From contig JAYWIR010000007.1 of assembly GCA_036172245.1 (NCBI GenBank), forward strand, positions 3,782,001-3,846,000: 64,000 bases of DNA, in the 5' to 3' direction. Below, one piece after another: positions 51,656 through 64,000 of this stretch. The notes under the pieces are model-generated. The model was not told where the DNA came from, ran no database searches, and worked only from the letters and a program-made list of their open reading frames with translations. The translations under genes were made by a program, and so were the position numbers. The DNA is from Raillietiella orientalis (lineage: Eukaryota). Every line of letters starts with the position of its first letter. The stretch's first letter is position 1.

Positions 51656-53760
51656 AGATTCCCGAGCAGGGCGTACTTCGCGCTCTCTTCGGATCGTCAA
51701 TAACGGACGGCGCTTCGTGCCTCCCACCACGCCGCGGTAGAGTAGAGAGGTCACGGCAAGCGACACCGCCGTTTTTCAAGAGGAGGATTTCAACAAGTCC
51801 CTGGGTAGAACCCCTTAGCGGTAAGACCGCCGCGAGACGCTCCCACAGTCGTGGGAGGGCAGCGCCAGCATGCACGGGGAGCATTCTGCTTTCCTGCATC
51901 TGGAGCACGCAGCCTGTTACTGCCCTCCTCCTGCCCAGTTGTGCCAGACGGGAAACCCCAGTGCAACGGCAGCATCTCTGAGTGCAGCACTTCAGAATAA
52001 GGACAGAGCCATCCGCCAAAGTCGAGGAAATCTTCCAGTCTTCGAGCGTCTGCCACCTCAGGTGCTGTCCGATGTCCACTTGGGTGCATCCGCCGAGGTG
52101 CTGCAGAGATCCACTCATCTCCGGGCTGGTCTCCTACGCCATGCCCAAGTAAATTAACTGTGACTGACACCAAATATTTGAGTTCATGGCGCGGCAGGCC
52201 ATCCACTGCTGTTCCCTGATGGTGGCACACTTGCCGAATAGGGAGGCCCACTGTGATTGAAATTTCGGCGGCTGAGCTACAGCGGCGATGATGAGCCTTC
52301 GCAGAAGGCTGCTCATCTCAGCGAAGGGAGGCAGCAGTTTGCAGTCCACGAGTTGCGCCACTAGCTTCAGGATTTTGGAGTGGATCTGTACCTCGTTACG
52401 CTCCAGCATCCAGGGATGGACTTCGTCTCTGGGCTCTGGGCATCCCTCCGGAAATCGTGCTCCGAGCCCGGCAAGCGGTCGTTACCACTCCCCACTCACC
52501 GCGGAAAACTCCCGCCGCGCTTCCAGAGAGAGACGTCGGAGGGCCTTCCCACTGTTGCTGGCCGCTCTGTTGCGTCTTCGCTCCACCAAGGACTCCTGCG
52601 GGCCTCGAAAGTGGCAGCAGCGTTCCGCCTTATCGATCGGCGTAACCCAGAGCGCGACACCTGATGACCGCGTTCCATTGCGCTTGGTCATGGTTCTTTC
52701 GCCCCGCGAGCAGACGACGCACTCCTTCCCTAGTTCCTCCTTTTCGGTTACCTGTTGCCAACCGACGTCCTTCGCCGTTTGCGTTCCTCCGCTTCCTGCC
52801 GCGACGCCGTTCGCGAGGACCTCGTAAGTGGCTCCGGATCACGCAGTCTCCCGACTTTCTCCTTGTTCTGAGTTCCGGTCGCGATCCGTTCTGCTTTCCT
52901 TTGGAACGGCGAATCGAACATCCCTGGACGCGTCTCGCGTACTGCCATTCCTCCGTGTTCGTGCCGTCGTCGGTACGACAAGAACGACGACGATGGCGAT
53001 GGGGGCAGCGGCGGTCGCAGCCAGCATCTGTCGGGGGCTGGAGTGCTGGTTGCGTCCTGTCGAGGTTTCCTCATCCCCGACCCCCGTTCCTTGCACGAGC
53101 TTGTCGATCCTGGGAGCATGCAGAGAAGTTGGGCGCGTTCTCTCCGTTCCCAGCTCCCCCTTTTGCCCCTTTTGTTTTCGTTTCGAAATGTCGACGATAG
53201 CCAGGAACGTGGAACGGCGACGGACGCGCACAGAAGAGACCGAGCAAGGAATTGCGGAGTGGACTTTAGGCAAGGGAGCGAGGAGGCATGCTGGAGTTCT
53301 CTCCGTGACATCAATTGTGGAGAGTCCCAGCGTGTTGTGCCCGACGCGTGGGTCGAAGAAGCGAACCTGTGGATCGTTTGGGTGAGAAACACGTGCGCCG
53401 CGCAGCAACAGGTACGCCACCGGTTGTGCGCCCGAGTTTCGTCCATAGAGTACTCTTCCAGGATCGGGAAGCCTGGAGGACTTCGAGTGAGTAGCTCCAG
53501 GAGGCGAGAGTCGTCGTCGTCGACGGTGCCAGTTAGGGTAGGGAGTATTTTGGACATCCTGGTGGAGGTGGACGTCGCGGTCGTTTCACAAATGGAGGCT
53601 TCTCCTGATGTGCTGGCCGTTCACGAAGGCGGCCGAATGGGAATGGGTACAGTGCAGGGAGGGGATGGAAGATGGGCAGGGAGGCTGAGATAGTGAGCAG
53701 ATAGTGGAGCTGGGGACGGAGCGGACTCAGGAGACGCGCATAGTGTCGGAGGGAGGGCAC

Positions 53761-54067
53761 GCGTCGGGCAGAGAGAAGGGAGAACGAAGGGATAAAATGG
53801 AGGGGGTTATTGGGTTGGTCAGCCCGGAATGACCCCGAGTCCATCCGGTACCCGAGCTCGGGCCGCTCCGTCGCTGCTTGCACGAGGGCGGCGGATGGCG
53901 TGGCGGCCATTCCCTGCTTCCGCTGGAGGGCGCGAACGGTGTTGCTGGTGCCCGAGCAGAAGGAGGTCATCGAGGGGCTGGAGTCGGCGGTTGCAGGCCG
54001 GCCGAGTCTCCTGCCCTCAGCGGAACCTCGGCGGGTATGGCGGCGCGCTGATCCGCCCTTGCTGCTG
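53761..54067 (-). repeat. Long inverted repeat, right arm
   Basis: See left arm; shared blocks include cagcccctcgatgacctccttctgc and ccggatggactcggggtcattccgg. Confidence 0.92.
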
Positions 54068-57000
54068 CAGCTTCGTTGCTGCGCTCTCCCTCGCTCAGCC
54101 TGTGCGGGTCTACAGAGAGATGGGTGTCCCTCACCCTCGTGTGGAGATGCAGAAAACCTCGAGAGTCTAGAGCCCGTTCTACGCTATGCGATCGTGGGAG
54201 ACGACGCGGTCAGAGTTACGCGCTCTTCGCAATCGTCTTCCCCTGCTGGAGGATCACAGTGGGCGTCCTGCTGCCCGCTTGACGGGAAAGTATGGACGCA
54301 GGGATCGCGGGGGACGTGGAGGCGCCTGGAAAAATCGAGCACTCCCCAGCCACAGCCTCGTCACACCCCTGAGGAACTTCCCCTTGGGCGATACCCTCGA
54401 AGGTGCACGCCTGCTTCCCAGGACCCAGTTCGATGCATCCAGAAATGCCCACGCACCCTGTGGAATAGTGAGGGCCCTGCCGCACGTGCTCTCTGGATAC
54501 AGAACGCTGGGTGAGAGATGGGGAAAGCATTGCAGAGGGTCTCAGCTCCCTGATGCTGCTGCAACGCCTGTTCAGGGAAGCAAATGATCTCTCTAGGCTT
54601 GCCGCTGGAGACTCTCTGCCACATGAGAACAGCGGCGACCGCCGAAATGGAGAATGGGCTCAGTGGATCACTCTGAGAAACGGCTGGCCACCTCCGTTGC
54701 TCGCATGCGAAGAGATGCAATGGGATGGTTCGATCTGGGACGTGAGGTGGAAGGGAACTCCCAAACGGTTTGGGGCAGGCTAACCCGACAGTACCCCTCC
54801 TACCTTCCCATCCTTTCTTACCCCGACACAGTGAGGATGGTTCCCTCGGCCGCAGGACGGCGCACGCAGGCTTCTAAGCGCATTCCCTTTTATTTATTTA
54901 TATACAGAAAATAGATGGCCCCTTCGTCGTGCTGAAGTGAGCCCTCGGGGTTCGTCACCGGAAGAGATGGCTGACTGACCCTGGACTGGTTTCCATGCTG
55001 AGCAAGGTTTTCCACATTGGACTGGCACCGTCACTATCGCAACGGAGGTGTGCGCGCGATAGTCTGTGCAACTGGGAGTGTAAGAACGCGAAAGCCTCGA
55101 CATGCCCCTTGCAAGAGGCATTCCTTTCCCATCACCTGGTCTCCAAGAAATAATTCCGTCCCTTTCACATGTGGATTTGACCTTCGGTAGTTGCTCCTGT
55201 GCGCTTCCCACGTCTTGCCTCGTTTCGCACTTGTGCTGGACAACGTCCCAGTCCGTAGGCGGGTGCACCAGTCTTGATCTTCGTTCCTTCGTCTACAGAG
55301 AAGACGACTGATGGGATTGTCAGCAGCCTCGCTGTGACGAGAGGAAAGTCGAGTTCTCGGTCTCCCATAAGTGGAAGTCTGGTCCGCATTAATGAGCGGC
55401 TTGTATGGAGCGATGTACAATGCAAGGCTCCTCTGTATCGAGTGACGTGCCTTTTTTCGCAGACTGTGCCAAAGTTTTCTATTTTGTGAAAAGGAGGATC
55501 GTCTCGTGAACAAGTGAATGCCCCTCTGTCCGGAATGAGAAGATCAAACTGAGGCACAAAACAGGCGATGACCGCCTATTGGCGGGCTGGTGATTTTATC
55601 TCTCCCTCAGGATGCCGAAGGTTCGTCCAGAAGATCTGGGACTACGTAAAGGAACTCGAGGAAGAGACTGCCCGCCATTTCCTACATTCCCTCGACTGTC
55701 CGAGATCCCTCTTTGTTCACGAGTGGCCGGTTCTCGACGGATGTTCATGGTGTTCCGCGATACAGTGACGGTCCAACTGCAGCGATCCGAACCTGCGACC
55801 CTGCGTTAGCTACCGGCAGCTTTCGTCACCGAGCCCAGTCTGTTTGGTCGAATTTCGAAGTCGTGCTGGGCGAATGATGTGCCGCCTTTTGATGTTTCGG
55901 CTAAAAAGGTTCGTGTTCGGTCGCTCGGGGATGCCCTAACCTCCTAGTTGTTGTCCCTTTTGTGTGTTGGACGCTGAGCGGCACCGTCAACTTGCTGAGC
56001 CGATCCACAAGCAGAGTGGGAATTTCCAACCCTTGCAGAACATGGTCGCTCTTGGGATCTCGGGACCCCAACGAGTGAATGATGACCGCTCGGGAGACGG
56101 TTGGGTTCCCGAGAGAGAAATGAAAGGAACATCGGCGACCACATTTTCCTACTTCTATCTCACCCACTTTCTCCACACTGCCGCTGCACTTTCGGATGAG
56201 CATTACACGTCCAGTAGCACGATACAGTTTCCTTTCCCTCAGGACCACTTGAGGTCACATCGAAGCGCGGGAGTCTTCTGGTCTCGGGCCAAAATCCCTC
56301 ATCATCCATGAGCGACCTCTGAGCACGGTCTATCGGGGCTTGTTGCCTCCTGATAGTGCGGGCGAAAGTTCCGCGGGAGCAAAAATTTCAGGCATGCAAC
56401 AGAGTCCTCGTTCTTTCTCAGACGTCGGCAGAAAGACTAACCTTCCAGCTCTTTCCTGGCAACTGTTTTTCCACAGTAAACTGCTGAGCAACAAGAGTCT
56501 TCGGACAGGAAGCGCAACCGGTGTCGGAAAACGGTGGTATGATGGCACGTAGCAGGTTCGTGGCAGCATCGGTCACCAGTCTCACGGTTCACCATGGAGT
56601 CCCTAAGCAACATCACAGCGGATATTTCTATTCCAAATCTGATCCAAACCCATCGGAGCCGGATGAACATCCTTGCTGTCATCTGCTGGAGTCAGGGAAA
56701 AAGTGCAGCCAAAGAAAGGTCGGTCAACGGAAAGAGGCAGGTCAACTACGCCTTCTACCATGGGAGAACCGAAAAAGAGAGAGAAAGAGAAAAGAGTGGG
56801 GCACTGACTTTGGGGAGTGCTCTCTTGGAAAGACAGCAACGCGCCAAACCGATTCTCCTGCTTTTCAGTGAGGCTCTCTCATGATGAACCAGGAAGTAGG
56901 AACTCCACGATGCGATGGTCGACCGCATCGCAAGGGAGGCAAACGAAAGACGGGAAGTGTCTTTGAAGGTGAAAAGCACCGTAAATATTCGACTCGCAAC

Positions 57001-59704
57001 TTAGTTGAGATCTCCTGTTACGAAGAAGACAAGGAACCGCAGTTTCAGATGTGAGATATCTCCTTCGAGCACATCCCGGAAGCTCCCGGAACTGCCCTTC
57101 CAAGGAGATCACAGCGCCGTCGAGGTCAGGTCTAGTCCATGGCTGGCATCGAGGAACCCAGCCAACGATAGCACAGTTAAAGACCTGAAAACCTCCCGAC
57201 TCTAAGCCAATCACCTGAGGCGATTCATAACATCATCCAGCCTCAGATGCAGAAGAAGCATTTGCTGAACGCGCACCCTCTAAACCCCCGGAAAGATCCA
57301 TGCTCCGGAAGATCAGTTGGCATTTGAAATTTCGACAACAGGGGCGTGGAGGCTGCTCTCAACGAAACAGCTCTTACGTATCACTCGCGGGAGCCGACGA
57401 GGAGCAACACGAAACGAACACCTCTCTTGCGTTCGAACAAGAAGTGTCCGTGTTGGGTTTGTGGCCCAGAAACCAGGCATCAGAACTTGAAGAAGCGGTT
57501 TGCAACCTTCGCAGCGATCTTCTTCTCGAACACGTTTAACGGGACGTTCACTTCGATCCTGCTATATGGAGCTGTACTGAATTTACTATCGAAGGACCAT
57601 CTTTCACCAATGTAGAGGAAGTGAGGTCGAGCTTCCGTTGCGAGCGCAACCTGTGCAACCACATCCTCCAACTGAGGGCATACGATGATGATCCTCTGCC
57701 GCTTGGGAGGGGAATGTGGAAACAGGAAGTGCAGGTGCCTCCGGGCAAGGGTATGGCCCTCTCCAGAGGAAACATTTCCCCTCAGTGTCCTCATGCATTC
57801 CCGAGCTTTGTTAAATATTCGTGTTTTTTTTTTTTTTTTCATTTTAAGTGAATTGTCTCGCAGCCCGGGATGACAAGGATGTTCCTCTCTGCACGGAAGA
57901 GTAGTCTTACACTGCGTTTCCCGTGCAGCTCTTCGCATGTCGCCGCTTTATCCCGTCCCACGGTTACCATCTCGCTAGTACTCGTCATCGACATCTGCTT
58001 CCACCACCAAAATCAACGCAACTTTCAATGACTCTACTAACAGCGACCAGCAAGGGTCATCCTTCGCGTGTGAATGTGATCTCCGTCTAGTAAGTCATCT
58101 CTTTTTCCATAGTCTCACTTGAACCTTCTGAGGAACCTCCCATGGATAGGGCACGAAAGGACAGTTGCTCTGGTGAGCACTTGAAACCACCGATAATTTC
58201 CCGGAGCAAAGGTAAAGCTTGTTGTGGATCGTGGGGTGGATAAGTGGACTCGACGCTCCGCTGACACCTCTTGGTCGCCTCGACAAGAGTTTTCACCGAG
58301 AAAAGGTCGACGCCACCACCACTTTCCGCGACCGGTTGCGCTACCGAGGGGACGCTTGTTGCTCAGCAGTTCTCCACAATGAAAGGATGCCACGCTGTCG
58401 CTCCTGCTCGCGTCCCTGGGTGGAACTGGAGCAAGCCATCGGGAAGGGACCGAAAGACTGAAGTATCTTGGCCAGCTCGATGGCGGCGTTGAGAAACTCC
58501 AACGAGGGATGTGGACCATGTCAATGCCTGAGGACTGCACCTTCCTCCAGACGATTTTCCGGTGCGCATCGAAAGGCATCGGCGGAACGGCTGCGGTGAG
58601 ACTTCCTGCTTTCGCCTCCCGTCGAGGATGGGGCTGACCGCCTGAGCACCTTCTATGTGGCTCCTTAAGGCTGGAAGGCATTCCCCCGCCACGCGAGACC
58701 TACACTGATGGTCCGATTGGCAGCCTGAGGCCTTTCTGGGAGCGAAAGCGGAAGCCGCAAGAAGTGAAGCCTAGCTGATCACGCGGAAGCCCACAGTGGC
58801 ACGATGACGTCTGTCCGAGGCAGAGCCGAATACGAGGAAAACGGGTCAGCTCCAGCCTGCCGCTCGTACGAACCCGCCTCCCATTGAGAACGTCTTTTGC
58901 GTTTGGGAACAAAGTGAACAAGGCTATGAAAGAACAACACGGAACATCATGTAGAGGATGTAAAAGCACTGTAAAAAAATGCAAAGCATGTTGTAAAACT
59001 GGTAATTAAAAAGAAGTGATCGATTTGTAAAGCAAGGTGTTCTGGAAGGTGTACTTGTGCCCCCCCTGTCGGTGAACGAATCTTTTCACAGCTCCATACT
59101 GCAAGAATGCCAGCAACGGCCTGTGACAGCAGTGACCTGCAAACTGCGTTTCGGGAACTTTGGTTCTTCCACAGATCCAACGGAGCTGGAGCCACGTCCT
59201 CGCCAAAGAACCAAAAATCCCCTCCCGGGACGCCTTCGAGGAACCCAGGCCGAGCTTCCCACCAAAAGGTGTAATGTGTGTGTGCAACACCGAAGCGGCT
59301 GCCGAACGGTGTTCCCCGCTGCGAATGAAGCGATGTTTATCAGCCGTTGACAATGTGTTCCCTGCGATAAGGTTATCACTTGCGGAATGTTTGTATAGCT
59401 GGCTGTTAACGTGGACCTTGGAAGACACAATGTGAGCACAGACTCCGATCACAGAAGCTGAAAATCTCTAGTCAGAATTCCTAGTCACTTGCAATGCTAT
59501 CTTGAAAATTATGAATGAAAGGTAAATAACGCATCTTCAAATCAAATTCTCTTTTCGTTTTTATGTTTAGTACGAAGTAATTAACTTAAAGTCTTAAAGT
59601 AGAATTCTTCTCAGGTTGTTAGCACGCACAAATAAAAAGGATGTAAAAGAGAAAGCAAACCCACGATTGGGAGCTCAGTTGTAAGAAATGATTTGCATTG
59701 AGAG

Positions 59705-61738
59705 ATGAGGTTTAATATTTGTTTGAGAATGTGTATTCGTTTTTTTTAAAGTAATTGAAGATTTCCCAGAGAATTTTAAGTAGCCGTTTTAATCTTGATC
59801 TGCTAGCATGGAAATCGTTACTACCTCCTTTTTAATGATCATTATAGGAATAACGAATTAAGCAGAACGAAAAACAAAGATATATCATGTACTGCTGTTA
59901 GGCTTAGTAAGCATGTAGATGCCATCTGTTTGCGTTTTTAAGATATTTACATTGCATGAAATTAACTTGAAATCAATATCTTTAAATCAACGCCATTTCA
60001 GTAGTTACTATGGTTCTGCATATGATAAGTTTGTGAGAAGAGATGATTTATCAAGTAGCACACTGAATAAGGTTCAGAAGCAATATTGGGTAGCTAAGCA
60101 GACAGTAATCCGTAAATTAGGCTGCAAAGAAGATGATAGTGTGGTGTCTTCTGATGCAGATCTGGATGCTAAATTGGATCAATTTCGTGCTATTACTAAA
60201 ACTTCTGAGAAACTTTTGAGAATTGTGGAAAGATATCAAGATGTTGTGTGCAGTAAGTAACTATTTCATAAAGTTTCATTTCTGGTAGACTTGTCCCAAA
60301 ATGAGAATGCCCTTGGCAGATTCCTCAAGGAGTGTGGCAAACATGATCAGACTCAAGCTGGTAAAATGATGCTATCTGCAGGCAAAGCACTGTCCTTCAC
60401 AGCACAGCAGCGACTCTCACTGCGAATTCCTTTGATGCGATTGAGCCAGGTGAGCTAACATTGAGCATTTAATAGATAAAAGATCTGTCAGGAAGTTGAG
60501 ACATTTGTGGACCGTGCTATTGAAGACATGCACCAGACTTTGGAGAGAATGGAGATTTCCAGAAATGAGTATCGTGCTGCTCTTTTATGGATGAAGAATG
60601 TGTCCCAGGAGCTGGATCCAGATACTTACAAGAGGTTGGAGCGTTTTCGAAAAGTGCAAACCCAAGTCAGGCGTGCACGAAGCCAATTTGACAAATGGAA
60701 AATGACTTGCATGCAAAAAGTGGACCTTCTAGCAGCGTCTCGTTGCAACATGTTTTCACATGCTTTAGTTTTATATCAAAAGAGTTTACTAACCATTTGG
60801 GAACGTGCAGCTTGGCTGCTAAATCAGACAGCTGTTCAATTTGAGGGTGACTTCTGCGTGCATGCATGAATTGTTTTCCTACTTTTGGTTACAGGGTACC
60901 AACCATTTGAATTTTCTATAGTGAAAGAACTGACTGAACATTCACAGAAATTGGCTAAGCAGACTGCTCATGACCAAGCAAATAAGATTGATGTGAAGAA
61001 TTTAGATGATGATGGGTAAGTGAAGCTAAAGTGGATGGAAATCAGCTGTATTGCATAGGAGATTGTTGTTGAAAGATGAATACAAAGATAATCCTGAGTC
61101 TGACAAGACCACCACCTCTTTGGATGATGCTGAAACGTTGTTTAATCTGATGAGTATCAGAACAGATGCTGATACTAAAGATTCAAACAATGATTTGACA
61201 AATGATTTACCACCCAGAGATGACAATGATATTGCACTTGTGGATTGCGATTTATTAATTGGAGCAGATCAACCACACTTGGGTAAAGTGTATGGCAAAA
61301 ATGCAACAGCTGCAGAATTAAGATTACAGAATGCACCAACACTCCCAAGGAGAGCACTGATCTGTTTGAGCTGCCAACCACATCTCCTGCAGCAGGAGAT
61401 GTGGGGGACTTCCCATTTTTTCCATCCAGATTGCTGGACTTCCAAGCAGCTGAGTTGTCATCTTTTCCGAATCTTGATAGCTTGTCTGAAGCACCTAAGG
61501 CTACACCGACATTTCTGCCCTCAGCATTACTGGATGCTCCATCTGCATCAAGTATTTGTTCACCAGAAGGCTGTGGAGACCAAAACCAGATACATGTATG
61601 TGTATTTGAATTTCATGTACAGTTCTGACTGTTAAGTCTAAGCACAAGGATTGGTTTGCACTGTTTGCTGACTTGGATCCATTGAGTAACCCTGATTTGC
61701 TGACACATCTGCCATCTCAAGAGAAACAAAACTGCTGA
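59705..61738 (+). CDS. ICA1: Islet cell autoantigen 1 (ICA69), Arfaptin-type BAR domain protein, about 494 aa, 8 exons
   Basis: Exons 59705-59709 (start tentative), 60002-60252, 60289-60449, 60492-60846, 60895-61015, 61059-61282, 61330-61595, 61637-61738, phase-consistent. KQTVIRKLGCKEDDSVVSSDADLDAKL, EYRAALLWMKNVSQELDPD, KVDLLAASRCNMFSH and C-terminal WFALFADLDPLSNPD are ICA69 signatures. Confidence 0.93.
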
Positions 61739-61757
61739 ATCTTTGCAGCATTTTAAG

Positions 61758-62701
61758 TTAGATGTGACCCTTCTCTTTAAGATGGCTAATTAGATCATCT
61801 ACAGTTTCCAATTTCACTCCTGCCTCTCTCTTGGGAGGATCTTCCACAGAAATAACTTCCATGGAGGTTGGGATATCTATTCCCAACTCTTCCAGCGACA
61901 TGTTTTTAATTCTTTTTCTCTTGGCTTTCTAAAAAATCAAAATAAATAGTTTGTTTATCATCCTGAGAATTCCTACCATGATGTTGGGTAATGTGGCATA
62001 GCGTGGCTGGTTGAGTCTTAAGTCAGCACTAATCACAGCAGGCAACTCTAAAAGTAACTTTTCTAGACCTCCATCAACTTCACAAGTAACCATAAGTTTT
62101 TCATTTTGTTTCTCAATGCTTGAAGCACATGCTGCTTGGGGCCATTTCAGTAAAGTGGCTATCATCTGAGCTGTTTGCACAGCATCATCATCAATGGCCT
62201 ATATTCATAAACCAAATATAATAGACTTTCCATTTACTTGTTTGCCCAACAGAATAAGCTGTGCATTTTCAATCTCGGCCAACTTCGACAACACTTTGGC
62301 AACATGTAATGGTTCAAAAGATAAGGGTCCCCTCTCAGCTGTATCCACATGAATCGCATGATCAGCTCCTAAGGCTAAAGCAGTACGCAAAACTTCCTAC
62401 ACAGCTTCCTACACAAACACCTCAGGAAATGAGTGTTAACATACCTGGCTTTGTGATGGGCCACATGATACTGCAACAATGTCTTGTGCCCATCCTTTTT
62501 CCTTCATTCTTATAGCTTCTTCAAGAGCAATTTCGTCAAATGGGTTCATGGAATGTTTTACACCATCCAACACAACCCCACTTTTATTAGGTTGAACACG
62601 AATCTTGAAACATCCTTTTATTTTTGGATCACTTCTGATTTTCATACCTTAACAGCATAATCAATAACTCGTTTACAACCAACCAATATCCGTAGGGCCA
62701 T
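61758..62701 (-). CDS. ETFB: Electron transfer flavoprotein subunit beta, 254 aa, 5 exons
   Basis: Exons 62701-62648, 62603-62445, 62396-62238, 62198-61977, 61928-61758 (introns 44, 48, 39, 48 nt). [60 protein letters not shown]. Confidence 0.96.
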
Positions 62702-64000
62702 TCTTAAAAAATCTTACAAAAATGTAACCCTCGATGTCTTATAAATTAATGGAATCTAAAACTTGGAGCTGACATTTTCATTTCAAAGAAAAAAATGCAC
62801 GACATTCTCATTCAAATTACGAAAATCGAAGATGAACCACTTGCATTTTCCTGTTTGTAAAACTATCATTTCATATCATATAACCTGATGTGGCATTGCA
62901 TTGGATTTAAACGGCAAACACAAATCCTTTTACACACACAAATCAAATAACGCAAATGCTTTGATTTTTAGGGAGAGGAAACAATCCACACCATCCATGC
63001 ATGTGCTATTCCACGAAAGATACAAAAACGGAGGATGACCGAGAACGCTAAACGGGGAAAACAAAAGCAAAAAGTACATTGCAAACTTTTTGCGTTTTTT
63101 TTTTTTCCAGTGAAGTGACGAATGCCTCCGTGCACCATTTCTCAATGCACGGGCAAAGTTCCGCTGTCCTCATCGTTATTACTTACGTTATCTTCCTGTG
63201 AAACACTTCCCGAAACCGCAGTGCTTTGCCATGCGGCTAATTGGCTTCAAAATTGGCTCAACAAAATTTACTGTTGATGCAGTGCATCATTTTAAGTTTC
63301 AATACTTATGGTTGAAAATCATTCACTATTCTGACTTTATGAAATCACCAGCTCGTGCTTACAGCAAACGTCGATCTCACCAGACACAACTTCATATTAA
63401 TACAAAAGCACACGCACCCATACGGTGGAAAACCAACGTTTTTTTTTTTTTTTTTTTCTTTTTCTTGAAAAGCGCCGTCTTACTACATTTCTTTAGAGAT
63501 TGCATAAAAAGTCAACGAACTATCTCATTCCCGGTCGCGTCAAGGCGAGCTTTCCTTCCTCCAGGCTCTCACGTGGCAGGGATGCCGGCTCCTCGGGACG
63601 CGGGAAAAACTGCAGAGCACACCTCAATGACGCACGTCTCCGAGAGAAACAAGTAATGATAATAATTTTCATGGTAATTATAGATGCAGTTTTTCAAAAA
63701 AAAAAAATAAAAATACGAGAAAATTAAAAGGAAGTGTAACAGGATTGTTCGGAAATGAAAAAGAAGGCAGACATGACTTCACCCAGGAACTATTTCGTGG
63801 ATGATAGGTTTGTTCCACGTCAGCCACAGGGGGATTCTTTTTGAAAATTACTTACTTGATTTTAGCGAATTCCTTTTCTGATGAAAAAGTCGATCATGAG
63901 TTTTGAAAACCTTTGACAGGATCGTGTCTAAACATTCTATTTGAGTAATAAAAATACCACATGAACGACTGCTTCTTGTTGCAAGTTTGCGAGAAGTTTT

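Noticed and set aside
1..64000. CRISPR arrays, operons, rRNA, prokaryotic defence systems
   Set aside because: Sequence is spliced eukaryotic DNA; no regularly spaced repeat-spacer array or rRNA-like segment seen.

Overview
Eukaryotic (arthropod, probably chelicerate-like; inferred from the cuticle protein and Ptp99A) genomic DNA with compact, intron-containing genes. The ORF track is mostly uninformative, so genes were spliced by hand. Seven genes are well supported: a small chitin-binding cuticle protein (+, 7178-7608), an Mpv17-like protein (-, 11115-11701), receptor tyrosine phosphatase Ptp99A (-, 17606-29313; Ig + 4 FN3 + TM + D1/D2), TBC1D7 (+, 43563-44821), a BTB + 7 C2H2 zinc-finger factor (-, 44878-47083), ICA69/ICA1 (+, about 59705-61738) and ETF beta (-, 61758-62701). 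Main observations: (1) an apparent internal signal-peptide first exon inside a Ptp99A intron, giving a short two-FN3 receptor isoform, located where the gene switches from CpG-rich to CpG-depleted; (2) very short introns (27 of 36-67 nt), several with AAG acceptors and no pyrimidine tract; (3) convergent gene pairs with stops only 19 bp and 56 bp apart, implying 3' UTR overlap with the partner; (4) a ~300 bp inverted repeat pair, a 144 bp direct repeat pair and a perfect 30 bp palindrome; (5) several GC-rich, exon-like stretches (about 1-7 kb, 34.6-41.4 kb, 47.4-59.5 kb) that I could not assign to any family. No prokaryotic system, CRISPR array, rRNA, tRNA or recognisable transposase was found. 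I cannot claim a new biological system from sequence alone.
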